From Nitrospirota bacterium (GTDB lineage Bacteria; Nitrospirota; Thermodesulfovibrionia; Thermodesulfovibrionales; Dissulfurispiraceae), in the NCBI GenBank assembly GCA_963710375.1, contig CAVPZX010000002.1, forward strand, positions 32,001 through 96,000: a stretch of 64,000 nucleotides of DNA, written 5' to 3'. Made by a program: the position numbers and the translations under genes. Of this stretch, positions 26,716 through 37,714 are shown piece after piece (within the stretch, counting starts at the first letter, position 1; every line of letters begins with the position of its first letter). The notes under the pieces were generated by a model. It was given only the letters and a program-made list of their open reading frames with translations, was not told where the DNA came from and did not search any database.

Positions 26716-28368
26716 TTATTGCTGTAACGATAAAGCTGACGTATACTCTTCCCATAGCAGTTCTTTCGTGGTGTCCGACTTTATAAAATCCCACGGCAGT
26801 ATTTCCTCCAAATCCCTCTTCCTGAAGAGATAAAAATCCATATCTGTTCCGGTTTCGGAGCAAGCCCTTTTCATGTCATCGGTCTTCGACATGGCCTCAA
26901 TGACCTTGAATACCCTTCGGTCTCCTCTGGCAAATAAGCCTTGCAGGTATGCGTACTTCGGAACATCGTGAAACACTTTTACGTTTCCATCATCTCTAAG
27001 CGTTTTTTTGATAAACTTAAGCCTTTCTTTTACAACGCCAAGAGGTTCCATGGCATACCACTGAAAGGGAGTGAGCGGCTTTGGCACAAACGTACTGATA
27101 CTCAAGACGAGAGTGCCTCTCTTTGAGGTCCGCCTGATTTTTCTCACCAGCTCTACAATCCCTGAAATATCTTCCTGAGTTTCCGTTGGCAGCCCTATCA
27201 TGAAGTAAAGCCTTAGGTTCTCTACACCCGTTTCGAGTATGCGCGCAGAGGTATCGAGTATATCGTTCTCGCTGATTTTTTTATTTATCACCTTGCGCAT
27301 TCGTTCGGTTCCCGCCTCGGGTGCGATTGAGATACTTTTATGCCCCTTGAGGAGTTCTACCAGTTCCGAACTTTTCGGGCAGGCCCGCAAAGAAGTGATC
27401 GAGAAATCGACACCCCGGATGCCCAATACCTCTTTTATATGTGCGTAATCGGTTAAAGACGGCCCTATCAGTCCTATTTTGCCCGTGTATTGTTTCGCAC
27501 GCAAGATTTCATCTTTAATGAGAGCAATTTCTTTCTTCCTAAGCGGACGATACATGTGCCCGACAAGGCAGAACCTGCAACTCCAAGGGCATCCGCGCAT
27601 TGCCTCTATAAGATACATATTGGAAAATTCAGATCCCCTACTGACAATAGCAGTAGTGACGGACGCTGATGAGAGCTCTCCGAAATGCCTTCTCATCACT
27701 GTTGCAGGGGCGTCTTTCAACGGAATTCTTTCTGCAAGTGTGCCGTCATTATTATAATGAATCGAATAGTAATCAGGCACGTAGACGCCCTCAATAAAAA
27801 GGGCCGTTTTTTTTACGGCCTCCTTGACCTGACCTGTCTGCATTGCCGCCTTGTATTTTTCCAGAAACTCATTCAGAGACTCCTCGGCATCTCCTATAAA
27901 CATAACGTCAAATACTGGAGCAACAGGTTCCGGATTAAATGAGGGGCATACGCCTCCAGCAATCAGCAGTGGGTGAAAGCGGTCTCTCCGTGTAGACAGG
28001 AACGGTATTTTTGCAGAGTCAAGAATCCTGAGTATATTTGGGTAGTCATTTTCAAAGGGGATAGAAAAAGCCACAATATCAAATGTTGTGACAGGCCTTT
28101 TCGATTCAAGGGAAAAAAGCGGAGTGCCGGTCTTTTTATGCAGAGCCAGGTCCTCTTCGTCAGGCATAAACGCCCGCTCGCAGACCACATCATCTCTCAT
28201 GTTAAGCAGGCCGTAAACACCTTGAAAACCGAGATTGGCCATGCCAACCCTGTAAGTGTTAGGGTAGATCAGACATATGGATATTCTTCCGCCAGGGTCT
28301 TTAAAAACAGTTCCCTGCTCACCGGAAAGGTATGAGTCAGCTTTTTCTATAAGGGCGCGGTTTATCAA
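26716..28368 (-). CDS. Radical SAM protein (B12-binding-like N-terminus)
   Basis: YPNTYRVGMANLG; RGCPWSCRFC CxxxCxxC; APEAG, YFMIGLPTE, FVPKP. Confidence 0.88.
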   Translation of the reverse strand: MINRALIEKADSYLSGEQGTVFKDPGGRISICLIYPNTYRVGMANLGFQGVYGLLNMRDDVVCERAFMPDEEDLALHKKTGTPLFSLESKRPVTTFDIVAFSIPFENDYPNILRILDSAKIPFLSTRRDRFHPLLIAGGVCPSFNPEPVAPVFDVMFIGDAEESLNEFLEKYKAAMQTGQVKEAVKKTALFIEGVYVPDYYSIHYNNDGTLAERIPLKDAPATVMRRHFGELSSASVTTAIVSRGSEFSNMYLIEAMRGCPWSCRFCLVGHMYRPLRKKEIALIKDEILRAKQYTGKIGLIGPSLTDYAHIKEVLGIRGVDFSITSLRACPKSSELVELLKGHKSISIAPEAGTERMRKVINKKISENDILDTSARILETGVENLRLYFMIGLPTETQEDISGIVELVRKIRRTSKRGTLVLSISTFVPKPLTPFQWYAMEPLGVVKERLKFIKKTLRDDGNVKVFHDVPKYAYLQGLFARGDRRVFKVIEAMSKTDDMKRACSETGTDMDFYLFRKRDLEEILPWDFIKSDTTKELLWEEYTSALSLQQ

Positions 28369-28372
28369 TTAA

Positions 28373-28464
28373 AATGTTGAATTTTGGATGCTGAATTTTG
28401 AATTAAGGAAATTAAATTTTATTTTTTCCACAATTCAAAATTCAAAATTTAACATTCAAAATTT
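28373..28464. repeat. Inverted pair of degenerate 7-bp tandem arrays (AATTTTG / CAAAATT) forming a long hairpin
   Basis: aatgttg-aattttg-gatgctg-aattttg-aatt ... aattcaa-aattcaa-aatttaa-cattcaa-aattt between ftsZ and the radical SAM gene. Confidence 0.8.
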
Positions 28465-28473
28465 GTTGACTTA

Positions 28474-29745
28474 CTAAATCTTTTTCCTCAAGAAAGTCGG
28501 AATATCGAAAACATCCTCAACAGGAAACACGGAATTATTTATTAATTCAGGATGCTCATTAATGTCCTGCTCCAAATGTTCCTGCCCGCTTGAAGCAGTC
28601 TGTTCCTTTGTCAAAGGAGGGGCTGAGGGAGCGGATACTTCGGGCTCTTTTGGATGTTGATATTCCTCCACATACTCTTTTGGGGTAATGCCGATGTTTT
28701 TTGACAATACTCTCTCAGAGCCTCTCAGGCAGACGGGATCTTTTTTCGGCGTCCACTTCCTGATCTGCGGCAATTCGGCCTTTTCAACCCTATCCTCAAG
28801 ACCTGTGGCGATTACCGTAACCTGCACACTGTTGTCCATATCAGGGTTTATGACCGCGCCAAGAATAATATTCGCATCATCATGAGATGAATCATGGATC
28901 AGCGATGCAGCCTCCTGAACAGAATCGAGTGACATGGTCAGACCGCCGGTGATATTGATCAGAATACCCTTTGCCCCTTCAATTGATGATTCTTCCAGGA
29001 GAGGGTTGGAGATCGCTTTTTTGGCGGCATCGAATGCACCCCTCTCGCCCTCTCCGCTGCCCATCCCTATCACTGCCCTGCCGGCTTTTTGCATTATCGC
29101 CTTAACATCCGCAAAATCAAGATTGATAAGACCTGGGATCAGTATCAAATCGGAAATCCCCTGTATCGCCTGTCTGAGGACATCATTTGCAATTGAGAAC
29201 GACTTCAGCAGTGGGGTGCCTTTTTCAACCACCAGATGTATCCGGTCATTGGGAATAACGATAAGCGTATCAACGCACTTTTTAAGCTCCCTTATTCCTT
29301 CTTCTCCATTCATGGCACGCTTTCTGCCTTCGTAGTAAAAGGGCCTGGTCACGATGCCGACGGTGAGAATGCCCAGCTCCTGCGCCAGATTGGCAATAAC
29401 CGGAGCAGCGCCGGTGCCTGTGCCTCCGCCCATACCGGCGGTAATAAATATCATATCTGCGCCTTCGATTACACTCATGAGGGAATTTTGATCATCGAGG
29501 GCCGCCTGCCTGCCTATAACAGGGTTTGACCCGGCCCCCAGTCCTTTAGTCAGCGATTCCCCGATCTGAACTTTTACAGGGGCCAGGGATGCTTCAAGGT
29601 GCTGCTTGTCCGTATTGACAGCAACGAATTCTATGCCGAAGATGTCGGCGGAGACCATACTGTTAATAGCATTCCCTCCGCCTCCGCCAACACCGATTAC
29701 CTTTATTTTCGCAACCAGCCTGCTCACTTCATCCAATTGAAACAT
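28474..29745 (-). CDS. ftsZ: Cell division protein FtsZ
   Basis: [16 protein letters not shown] signature, NLDFAD, C-terminal DIPTFLRK. Confidence 0.98.
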   Translation of the reverse strand: MFQLDEVSRLVAKIKVIGVGGGGGNAINSMVSADIFGIEFVAVNTDKQHLEASLAPVKVQIGESLTKGLGAGSNPVIGRQAALDDQNSLMSVIEGADMIFITAGMGGGTGTGAAPVIANLAQELGILTVGIVTRPFYYEGRKRAMNGEEGIRELKKCVDTLIVIPNDRIHLVVEKGTPLLKSFSIANDVLRQAIQGISDLILIPGLINLDFADVKAIMQKAGRAVIGMGSGEGERGAFDAAKKAISNPLLEESSIEGAKGILINITGGLTMSLDSVQEAASLIHDSSHDDANIILGAVINPDMDNSVQVTVIATGLEDRVEKAELPQIRKWTPKKDPVCLRGSERVLSKNIGITPKEYVEEYQHPKEPEVSAPSAPPLTKEQTASSGQEHLEQDINEHPELINNSVFPVEDVFDIPTFLRKKI

Positions 29746-29760
29746 AACAGCCTCCCATTT

Positions 29761-31062
29761 TCATTTTCCTCTTACAACCTTTCTGAACCAACCGGTCATT
29801 CTCGCAACAATTTTGTTGAAAACATTAGAAGAGAACATTGACCCTTCGGCCGGTATTAACGATTCGGCGCCGTATACTATGAGACCTATACCAGTTGCGT
29901 ATATAGGGGTATTGAATTCTCCCTTCAGCCCCTGAATGCGTGCACGCCCGCCATCGTTCCCCTGGTCCTCATGAGCCGCCCGCACCGGGTACCCGATCCT
30001 GACCGGCATGGACAGAATAGCCTCAGCCATCCTGTCAAAACCTGAAAGAAGCGACGAACCGCCGGTGAGTATAACCCCTGAAACAGCAACACCGTCCCCC
30101 TGAAACGACTGCATCTCCTGTCTGATAAGTTCAAGGAGTTCTTCGCTCCTCGGCTGCAGTATTTCGGAAATATATTTTCTGGGAATTGTACGCACCTGGC
30201 CGTCAATGGCAACAATATCTACCTCGGTCATCTCGCTCTTTTCAGATGAAGGGATCACCGCTGCCACGGTCCCAAATTTCTTTTTTATTCTCTCAGCCTC
30301 GGGAAAGGGCACCCTCAACCCGACAGAAATATCATTTGTAAAGTGATTACCCCCGATGCCCAATACCGCTGTATGCCTGAGCCATCCGTCTTTGTAAAGG
30401 GCTATATCGGTGGTGCCTCCCCCTATATCCACGAGCATAACGCCCATGTCCCGCTCATAGGAAGTAAGCGTGGCCTCTGCCGACGCAAGGGGCTGCAAAA
30501 CAATATCCACAACCTCAAGCCCTGCCCTTTCACAGCATTTCAGAAGGTTTTGCACTGAAGTGACCGCTCCGGTAACAATGTACACCTTTACTTCAAGTCT
30601 GACGCCGGCCATCCCGACAGGATCTTTTATCCCGTCCTGTCCATCGAGGATAAAATCCGTTGGAAGCACATGGAGTATTTCCCTGTCGAGAGGAACGTAT
30701 ACTGCGCTGGCTGAATCTATTGCCCTCTCCACATCCTCATGTGTCACTTCTTTTCCCTTGATACCGACTGCGCCATAGCTGTTGAAACTTTTTATATGGC
30801 TACCGGCGATTCCGACATATACCTCCCGAACACTCGTTCCGGTCATTTCTTCAATGTCGGCAACTGCCTTCTTTATAGAGTTTGCCGTGGCTTCAATGTC
30901 AATCACAACGCCTTTCTTCAGGCCGTTCGAAGGATGGCTGCTGACCGCAAGCACCGATATACCCTCTTCACTTACCTCGCCCATAATAGAGCATATCTTT
31001 GTCGTTCCAGCATCCAGTCCGACTATTATATTCCCGCTGTTAGTTCTTTTTCTTCTTTCCAT
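29761..31062 (-). CDS. ftsA: Cell division protein FtsA
   Basis: VGLDAGTTKI, DIGGGTTD, C-terminal amphipathic helix; start reassigned to ATG 31062. Confidence 0.96.
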   Translation of the reverse strand: MERRKRTNSGNIIVGLDAGTTKICSIMGEVSEEGISVLAVSSHPSNGLKKGVVIDIEATANSIKKAVADIEEMTGTSVREVYVGIAGSHIKSFNSYGAVGIKGKEVTHEDVERAIDSASAVYVPLDREILHVLPTDFILDGQDGIKDPVGMAGVRLEVKVYIVTGAVTSVQNLLKCCERAGLEVVDIVLQPLASAEATLTSYERDMGVMLVDIGGGTTDIALYKDGWLRHTAVLGIGGNHFTNDISVGLRVPFPEAERIKKKFGTVAAVIPSSEKSEMTEVDIVAIDGQVRTIPRKYISEILQPRSEELLELIRQEMQSFQGDGVAVSGVILTGGSSLLSGFDRMAEAILSMPVRIGYPVRAAHEDQGNDGGRARIQGLKGEFNTPIYATGIGLIVYGAESLIPAEGSMFSSNVFNKIVARMTGWFRKVVRGK

Positions 31063-31837
31063 TATGCGCCGCCTCTGTTGTCTCGCTGCCACCGGCCTCC
31101 TGTTGCACGGGTTTAACAATGATTTTATTAGCAAACCTGAGATCTATATACTGAACAGTCATGTTTCTTTTCTGTATTTCATCTCTCACAAAAGCAAGTC
31201 TCTCCAGTTTCTTCTCAAAATCACCCATACCAACCTTGATCATCATTGTATCAACGTTCAGGGTAATATCTTCGGGTCTCTGTCCCGTAATTTCAACATT
31301 ACCATTATATGATACCACTCTTTTATCATAAAGGACCCCTGCAAGCCTGACTGCCTCAGCATAGGTTTCCCTGTTACTGACAGGGTCAATGCCTTTTATG
31401 ATAGGCAGAAGCAATATAGATCCTTCTTTCATCTGTTCGAGCATTACGCCCTCGTTATCTATCAAAAAAGGTTTACCAGCCATGCTCAGCAATGCAACCG
31501 GTGTTCGTTCTGTTACCTTAATACGGACCATGCCGGATAATTCTTTCCTGACCACGGCATCTTTTATCCACGGAGAATGCTTAAGGCCCTGGTAAATATC
31601 TCTGCCGGAAACACCAAACAGTTCACTGTTTGTTCTGATCTTACACAGCGCGCTCAACTCTTCATTTTTAAGATGGTGATTTCCTATGAAGACTATTTCG
31701 GTCACATGTAAAAGACGCATTATGAGAAAAAAAACAGCAAGGCACAGTACAGCGGCGAACAAGGGGGGTATAATAACAAAATAGAATCGCTTCTTTTCTT
31801 TCTTCCTCTGTAATGTCCTTATATTCCGTCTCGCCAT
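31040..31837 (-). CDS. ftsQ: Cell division protein FtsQ/DivIB
   Basis: Basic N-tail, TM helix, POTRA (GNHHL...PWIKDA..ERTP), YIDLRF; position ddl-ftsQ-ftsA. Confidence 0.9.
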   Translation of the reverse strand: MARRNIRTLQRKKEKKRFYFVIIPPLFAAVLCLAVFFLIMRLLHVTEIVFIGNHHLKNEELSALCKIRTNSELFGVSGRDIYQGLKHSPWIKDAVVRKELSGMVRIKVTERTPVALLSMAGKPFLIDNEGVMLEQMKEGSILLLPIIKGIDPVSNRETYAEAVRLAGVLYDKRVVSYNGNVEITGQRPEDITLNVDTMMIKVGMGDFEKKLERLAFVRDEIQKRNMTVQYIDLRFANKIIVKPVQQEAGGSETTEAAHNGKKKKN

Positions 31838-31845
31838 TTACCTTT

Positions 31846-31887
31846 AATCCCCCTTCCCCTTTAGAAAAAGAGAGACGCCGGGGGATT
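31846..31887. repeat. Degenerate REP-like palindrome
   Basis: AATCCCCC...GGGGGATT arms between ddl and ftsQ. Confidence 0.4.
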
Positions 31888-31907
31888 CTGCCATGAATTT
31901 GCAAAAA

Positions 31908-32873
31908 TCAAACTTTTAACCGGTACGCATTTCCATCCCCATATAGCGACAATGCAAGTATCCTCTCAATAAGGTCCGGGAAGTCTATTCCGGCCAGCTT
32001 GGCTATTTTAGGCAAAAGACTCGTTTCAGTCATTCCCGGTATCGTATTGACTTCGAGCAGAAAGGGATTATTGAACTCATCCAGTATAAAATCAACCCTT
32101 GTCGCTCCACTGCACCCGAGTGCATTATGGGCCCGTAAGGCCGATACTTTAAGAGTATCGTAGGCTGAAGGACCTATTTCAGGCGGCAATATATAGTTTG
32201 TAAGACCAGGGGTATATTTCGCCTCGTATGTATAAAACTCCCTTAAGGGTCTCACTTCTACGCCGCCCAGCACCATCTGCCCGAGAATTCCGATCTGTAT
32301 CTCTTTCCCTTTTATATAACGTTCGACAAGAACTCTCTCCCCATAAGCAAATGCTTCCTTTAATGCCGCCGCCAGCTCTACCTCATCCCTCACTATACTT
32401 ACGCCTATGCTCGATCCTTCAGTCGCGGGCTTGACCACCCACGGCAGAGGAAAATCCGCAGCAGCGGTGACCACCCCAGTGTTGGTCGCTCCAGGATTTT
32501 CCACCTGTTTCTTACTTACCGAAATGAAAGGAGCGACGGGAATCTCACGGGAAAGAAATACCGTCTTTGAGGTCTCTTTGTCCATAGCCAATGCTGAGGC
32601 AAGGATACCAGAGCCTGTATAAGGGACGCCCATAACCTCTAACATGCCCTGAATCGCCCCGTTTTCACCATGTCCTCCATGGAGCACGACATAAGCTATT
32701 TCCACACCCTCTTCCCTGATGGCCTGACAAACATTGTCCGACACATCAATAAAAACCGCATCATATCCCAGATCTATCAGAGCCTTGAAAACAGCATTGC
32801 CGCTCTTAAGAGAAACCTCCCTTTCTGCAGACGTGCCGCCTGCAAGGACCCCAATGCGTTTTTCAGTTATCAT
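31908..32873 (-). CDS. ddl: D-alanine--D-alanine ligase
   Basis: [41 protein letters not shown]. Confidence 0.97.
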   Translation of the reverse strand: MITEKRIGVLAGGTSAEREVSLKSGNAVFKALIDLGYDAVFIDVSDNVCQAIREEGVEIAYVVLHGGHGENGAIQGMLEVMGVPYTGSGILASALAMDKETSKTVFLSREIPVAPFISVSKKQVENPGATNTGVVTAAADFPLPWVVKPATEGSSIGVSIVRDEVELAAALKEAFAYGERVLVERYIKGKEIQIGILGQMVLGGVEVRPLREFYTYEAKYTPGLTNYILPPEIGPSAYDTLKVSALRAHNALGCSGATRVDFILDEFNNPFLLEVNTIPGMTETSLLPKIAKLAGIDFPDLIERILALSLYGDGNAYRLKV

Positions 32874-33316
32874 TTATTGTTTCTCCATAATATATTGGAA
32901 TACACTGGTACATTATAAAATTTTTCTGTTACTTTAAGCTATAAAACATATTGCGATCTCTTATCTCTGCATTACACGTCAGACCTTAAACAGACGACCG
33001 AAAAAAACTTGAAATCCCGCATCCAACTGTCAATTTTTGTTGCTGTTGAGATTGAGGGCGACACCGGGCCTACATCCATCAACTTATTGATTAACCAACT
33101 CTTTATTTTAGGATATGCCATCGCTGTCAATATTTGTTTACAATGCAGCCTGCATTTCATTCTTAAAGACAACTTACTAGACAGTTTTCCTGGTCTCGAT
33201 CACTATCTTTGTGAGCGAGGAGTGTAAAAACCCTGAAATATGGACCCATTTCTGGGTCAACTGATCAGCAAGACAGTCTTGTAATTAGGAGCTTTAGCCG
33301 TCCGGAAAATCGGTGA

Positions 33317-33449
33317 TTAATTAAAATTATCTTATTTTTCCATAGACATCGGAATCAATCCAGACTCCACGCTATAGAACATTCCTCACGAATTCTAATA
33401 AACTAAAAAGATAATACGTCGTCTCGACTGGCATATCCCTTGCTAAGCT
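33317..33449 (+). promoter_or_regulatory. Sigma54 promoter module, copy 1 (TGGCATA-N4-TTGCT at 33429-33444)
   Basis: -24/-12 consensus spacing; whole ~130 bp repeated, diverged, at 45505-45636. Confidence 0.7.
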
Positions 33450-33672
33450 GTTAAATCAATAGAGGATAAGGCATGCAAACACAGACAAAGTTGTTGGGTT
33501 GAAGCATCTTTTTATACTGGTTAAGACAGGCAAAATTCTTGCGATTAATCAATGTCTCACTGGAGAATTGCCGTGCATGCTACTTTCGGGTAATTGTATC
33601 CGCTATAACAAATTTTATTAAATATGGTATGGGAACCGAAAGAAACCCGCAGTGCAAGGAGAGGGTGTCGCA

Positions 33673-35019
33673 ATGCAAAAAATCCTGATTGTCGATGATG
33701 AACCATCAATAAGATCGGCCTTTGGTACCGTAATAAAAATTGAAGGATATTCTGTTTTGGAGGCTTCTGACGGAAAACGTGGTGTGGAAATCTTCGATGA
33801 GGAACGTCCCGATGCCGTCATCCTCGATCTCAAAATGCCCGGGATGGACGGTATTGAAACAATGAAGAAGATGAAAACAATCGATTCTTCCATTCCAATT
33901 ATTATTGCTACGGGTTACGGTGATATTCGGACCGCTGTTGAAGCGATCAAAATGGGTGCTTACGATTTCATTACAAAGTCCTCTGAGTTGGAAGTGCTGC
34001 TCCTGACTTTGAGAAGGGCGATCGAGAAACGGGAACTGGAACTGGGAGCAGGAAGATTACAAAAGAATGTCGATGAATCTTATGAAGTTTTCCTGGGTAA
34101 AAGTCCGGCCATGAAAAAAGTGATATCACAGGTACAGCAGGTTGCCGCGACCAACTTTTCTTTAATAATTCAGGGAGAGACAGGGACAGGCAAATCTTAC
34201 ATCGCAAATATGATTCATGGCCTGAGCAAAAGGTCCGGAGGGAAATTTGTCACCATAGATATGGGCGCTATTCCTGACGCGCTTGCTGAAAGTGAGCTTT
34301 TCGGCTATGAGAAAGGGGCGTTCACCGGGGCCGAAAAAAGAAAAGTCGGCATGTTCCAGATTGCAAATGGCGGGACTATCCTCATTGACGAACTACAGAA
34401 TATGACCCCGAATGTCCAGATAAAAATGCTCAGGGTCATGGAAGAAAAAAAAATAATCCCGCTTGGAAGCCTCCTGCCTGTAGATATCGACGTTCGCGTT
34501 ATTGCGGCAACCAATGCAGATCTAGAAAAGGAAGTTGCCGAGAAGAAGTTCAGAAAAGACCTTTTCTTTCGCCTCAATGAGATGACCATAAAGCTGCCGG
34601 CTTTAAGAGATAGAATAGGGGATGTCCCTTTCCTCGCCGTCAAATTTTGCCAGCAGGCATGTGTAGAGCTTGATAAGAATATTCACGAGATCACCGATGA
34701 CGCCTTCGATTGTTTGAAAAGTTATCATTGGCCTGGGAATGTCAGGCAATTGAAGAACACCATGAGACGGCTGGTCCTTTTTTGCAGCGGCAGCGTCATT
34801 GACGCAGATAACATTAAGGCCCTACTGGGAGACGAAAGCCGGAAAGGAGATGCCCAATCGTCAGATGATATCGGTGACATCACATTGAAGGGTGTCGAGA
34901 GAGCAGCTATAAAAAAGGCACTGGCACTGGCAAATGGTAATAAGACAAAAGCCGCTTCCTTACTTCAGATAGATTATACAACCCTCCTGAGAAAGATTAA
35001 AATTCTCAATATTAGTTAA
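33673..35019 (+). CDS. Sigma54-dependent response regulator (NtrC/AtoC family)
   Basis: REC, GETGTGKS Walker A, ESELFG, GAFTGA, WPGNVRQL, Fis-type HTH. Confidence 0.95.
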   Translation: MQKILIVDDEPSIRSAFGTVIKIEGYSVLEASDGKRGVEIFDEERPDAVILDLKMPGMDGIETMKKMKTIDSSIPIIIATGYGDIRTAVEAIKMGAYDFITKSSELEVLLLTLRRAIEKRELELGAGRLQKNVDESYEVFLGKSPAMKKVISQVQQVAATNFSLIIQGETGTGKSYIANMIHGLSKRSGGKFVTIDMGAIPDALAESELFGYEKGAFTGAEKRKVGMFQIANGGTILIDELQNMTPNVQIKMLRVMEEKKIIPLGSLLPVDIDVRVIAATNADLEKEVAEKKFRKDLFFRLNEMTIKLPALRDRIGDVPFLAVKFCQQACVELDKNIHEITDDAFDCLKSYHWPGNVRQLKNTMRRLVLFCSGSVIDADNIKALLGDESRKGDAQSSDDIGDITLKGVERAAIKKALALANGNKTKAASLLQIDYTTLLRKIKILNIS

Positions 35020-35046
35020 TTACAGATTACTTACCAGCTGCTTCTT

Positions 35047-35080
35047 CTTGTATTTTGCAATAGTTATTGCAAAATACAAG
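35047..35080. promoter_or_regulatory. Perfect palindrome, putative enhancer (UAS) for a sigma54 activator and/or terminator
   Basis: CTTGTATTTTGCAATA-GT-TATTGCAAAATACAAG, 55-90 bp upstream of a -24/-12 element. Confidence 0.6.
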
Positions 35081-35134
35081 ATTTATCCGTCAAGCATTTT
35101 TTAAAGTCCTTTGGAATTCCAAGAAGTTCCACTT

Positions 35135-35150
35135 TGGCACATATCTTGTA
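35135..35150 (+). promoter_or_regulatory. Putative sigma54 promoter of the che operon
   Basis: TGGCACA-TATC-TTGTA (-12 is GT rather than GC). Confidence 0.55.
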
Positions 35151-35250
35151 TCTATAAGAATTGAATTTCAACTTGTCTGATTACAAATTTATGTCCTTGT
35201 ATCATGCGAGAGCAGCTATATTCCGGTTAATAGACCGGTAATAAGTAAAG

Positions 35251-35637
35251 ATGGTCAAGAACGAAAATCATAAAGACCACATATTGGTAGTTGATGACGA
35301 TATTTCTTGCCGGACAGCCATTTGCCTATTGTTTGAAAAAGGCGGCTTCAGCGTAAGCACGGCGAGCAGCGGAGAAGATGCGCTTGTGATGATCATGAAG
35401 GCTGATAGTAAATACGATCTGGTATTCGTTGACCTGGAGATGCCGGGAATGTCGGGTTTTAAGCTGGTCAAAAAATTGAAAAAGGACCATGTCGATGTTC
35501 CCGTCTTTGTTGTATCGGGGTTTCAGGACAAGATGATGATTATTGAAATGCTCAACAAAAATTGTAAGCAAGTTTTCGCTGATATGGCAAATAAACAGGG
35601 AGAATATGCGTACACACGGAGGACCGGTGAGAACTGA
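35251..35637 (+). CDS. Single receiver-domain protein, C-terminally degenerate
   Basis: [20 protein letters not shown] present; conserved beta5 Lys-Pro motif not seen. Confidence 0.7.
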   Translation: MVKNENHKDHILVVDDDISCRTAICLLFEKGGFSVSTASSGEDALVMIMKADSKYDLVFVDLEMPGMSGFKLVKKLKKDHVDVPVFVVSGFQDKMMIIEMLNKNCKQVFADMANKQGEYAYTRRTGEN

Positions 35638-36796
35638 CCTGAAACTGCTCCGCAAAATAACCGTAAGCGCTTTGCTGGTGCTGCCTCCCGCTTTTATAGG
35701 CAATATGTTCTTTAGAATAGTCCTGACAACCATGGCCTGCACGGTTTCTGTGCTTTTCATCTATTTTATGATGAGACACCGGATAGTATCAATAAAGAAC
35801 AGGTTTTCGGAAAAACTTCAAAGGCAGGTTACGGAAAGTGATACTCTGATCGCCTCGATAGCGACAGTATTGTCAGAGAAAGCGAGGATTATACCGGTGC
35901 TGGCAAACCAGCTCAGGGAGGTGACAGAACAGACAGAGAATGCGGCCCTCGATATAGGGGAGCGATTCATGAATATTGTGGAAAGGGCGAATAATCAATC
36001 TGCAAGGGCATCGGAAGCAGTTGGCAGTTTTGCAGGCAACGGAAACAGAAACAGCAACAGCACTGCGCTTATCGAATTGAGCAAAAACGTTCTTACAGAG
36101 GTAATTGAAAGATTAAAGAAAAGCACAGCGACTGAGCAGCAGACACTCAGGGATATAGAGATTGTGATTGACGATACGTCCAGCATAAAAAAAGCGGTGG
36201 GCGAGATCGAATATATAGCTGACCAGACCAACCTCCTGGCATTGAATGCCGCTATTGAGGCAGCAAGGGCAGGCGAGCACGGCAGGGGGTTCGCCGTAGT
36301 AGCGGATGAAGTAAGAAGGCTTTCGGACAGGTCAAATACTGCGGCAGACGATGTCCGGAAACTCATATCAAAGGTAGAGGCACATATCAGAGAGATACAT
36401 GGGCGGACCGAAAAGGGCACTTCCGAGAGCGCGGCAAGGTCCCACGAAGCAGAATCCGTTGTAAGCGATACCCTGCAAAAACTCGATGCTGTCATGAACG
36501 AGGCCCGCAATAGGCTTGATGAACTTACCAGGGAAACCGGGACCCTTGCCCAGGACATAAGCAGTGTAGTGATATCGATGCAGTTTCAGGACATAACGAG
36601 GCAGCGGATAGAGCACGTGGTAGAACCTCTCTTGGCATTTAAAACAGATTTTGAGGGTATAACACAAAAGACTGAGCATATCCATGAGGACCTGCCGTCC
36701 GGAGACAACGGAGATACGGAATGGCTGGAGAAGATGTACACAATGGAGTCTGAAAGAAAAGTGATGGAAAAGACATTAACGGTGTTAGGTAAATGA
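35627..36796 (+). CDS. Methyl-accepting chemotaxis protein (short, minimal sensor)
   Basis: [43 protein letters not shown] and YTMESER C-terminus; GTG start after GGAGG (ATG 35606 is an alternative). Confidence 0.88.
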   Translation: MRTDLKLLRKITVSALLVLPPAFIGNMFFRIVLTTMACTVSVLFIYFMMRHRIVSIKNRFSEKLQRQVTESDTLIASIATVLSEKARIIPVLANQLREVTEQTENAALDIGERFMNIVERANNQSARASEAVGSFAGNGNRNSNSTALIELSKNVLTEVIERLKKSTATEQQTLRDIEIVIDDTSSIKKAVGEIEYIADQTNLLALNAAIEAARAGEHGRGFAVVADEVRRLSDRSNTAADDVRKLISKVEAHIREIHGRTEKGTSESAARSHEAESVVSDTLQKLDAVMNEARNRLDELTRETGTLAQDISSVVISMQFQDITRQRIEHVVEPLLAFKTDFEGITQKTEHIHEDLPSGDNGDTEWLEKMYTMESERKVMEKTLTVLGK

Positions 36797-36905
36797 AAAC
36801 AGGCAATGGGCAATGGGCAATAGGCAATGGGTCAAGGTCATAAAAATAAAAAGATTCTTTTCTCTTTTTCCCATAGCCTATTGCCCATTGCCTATAGCCT
36901 GTTTT
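36796..36905. repeat. Inverted pair of 7-bp tandem arrays (RGGCAAT / ATWGCCY) forming a long hairpin
   Basis: aaaac-aggcaat-gggcaat-gggcaat-aggcaat-ggg ... ccc-atagcct-attgccc-attgcct-atagcct-gtttt. Confidence 0.85.
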
Positions 36906-36924
36906 AGAGAGGAGGTGTAGGGTA

Positions 36925-37290
36925 ATGGCAAAGACAGTATTGGTTGTGGACGATTCGGCATCAATGAGACAGCTTGTGGGCTTTGCACTGAAGAGCGCGG
37001 GTTACGAAGTGGTTGCGGCAGTGCATGGCAAAGACGCACTTGATAAAGTTAACGGCACGAAAGTCGAGATGGTGATAACAGACCTGAATATGCCTGAAAT
37101 GGACGGGATTGAACTCATCAAACAACTGAGGACTAAACCTGCAACTAAGTTCACTCCTATAGTGATGCTGACTACTGAATCCCAGGAGGCAAAAAAACAG
37201 GAGGGGCAGCAGGCAGGAGCCAGCGGTTGGATCGTTAAACCCTTCACCCCTGAAAAGCTTTTGGAAATAGTAAAGAAATTTGTGCATTAA
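36925..37290 (+). CDS. cheY: Chemotaxis response regulator CheY
   Basis: VDDSASMRQ, TDLNMPEMDG, MLTTES, GWIVKPF; che operon context. Confidence 0.92.
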   Translation: MAKTVLVVDDSASMRQLVGFALKSAGYEVVAAVHGKDALDKVNGTKVEMVITDLNMPEMDGIELIKQLRTKPATKFTPIVMLTTESQEAKKQEGQQAGASGWIVKPFTPEKLLEIVKKFVH

Positions 37291-37323
37291 TTCACGTCGC
37301 GCAGCATACGAGGAGGAGGGAAC

Positions 37324-37690
37324 ATGAACGATTTTAGCCTTGAACAGTCGGGGAACGTTGCGGTGTTGGCGGTAAACAGACTCTATAACGGTGGAGAAGG
37401 CAAGCGAACTGAAAGATATCCTGCTGAAGGCTGCCAATGCCGCGGAACATGTGGTGGTAGATCTCGAAAGAGTGACAGAGGTTGATGTGGCGTGCCTTCA
37501 GATTCTTTGCTCGGCGCATAGAACTTTGACGAGACTGAAGAAGCGCATTACGCTGGGCAGAATCCGGCCCGAGGTTTTTCGCAAGGCGGTGGAATGCGCC
37601 GGATTCGACCGCCACACGGGTTGCGTCCTGGATACAACCAGGTCGTGTCTTTGGGTGCAAGCGAAAGAAAACAACTTCGCGCCTGCTTAG
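37324..37690 (+). pseudogene. STAS-domain protein, apparently frameshifted (+1) near 37375
   Basis: Strong SD then MNDFSLEQSGNVAVLAV; removing one A from GTAAACAGAC joins it to TDSITVEKASELK...VDLERVTEVDVACLQIL (STAS). Confidence 0.75.
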
Positions 37691-37714
37691 GACAGGCTTA
37701 ACCGGGAGCGAGTT

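Noticed and set aside
32972..33227. Short ORFs upstream of ddl as murB remnants
   Set aside because: No MurB motifs (e.g. GxGSN, IPGxxGG, HANF) recognisable in the translations
36796..36905. Short repeat arrays (also 28373-28464 and 57917-58007) as CRISPR arrays
   Set aside because: Units are 6-7 bp, contiguous, with no unique spacers and no cas genes
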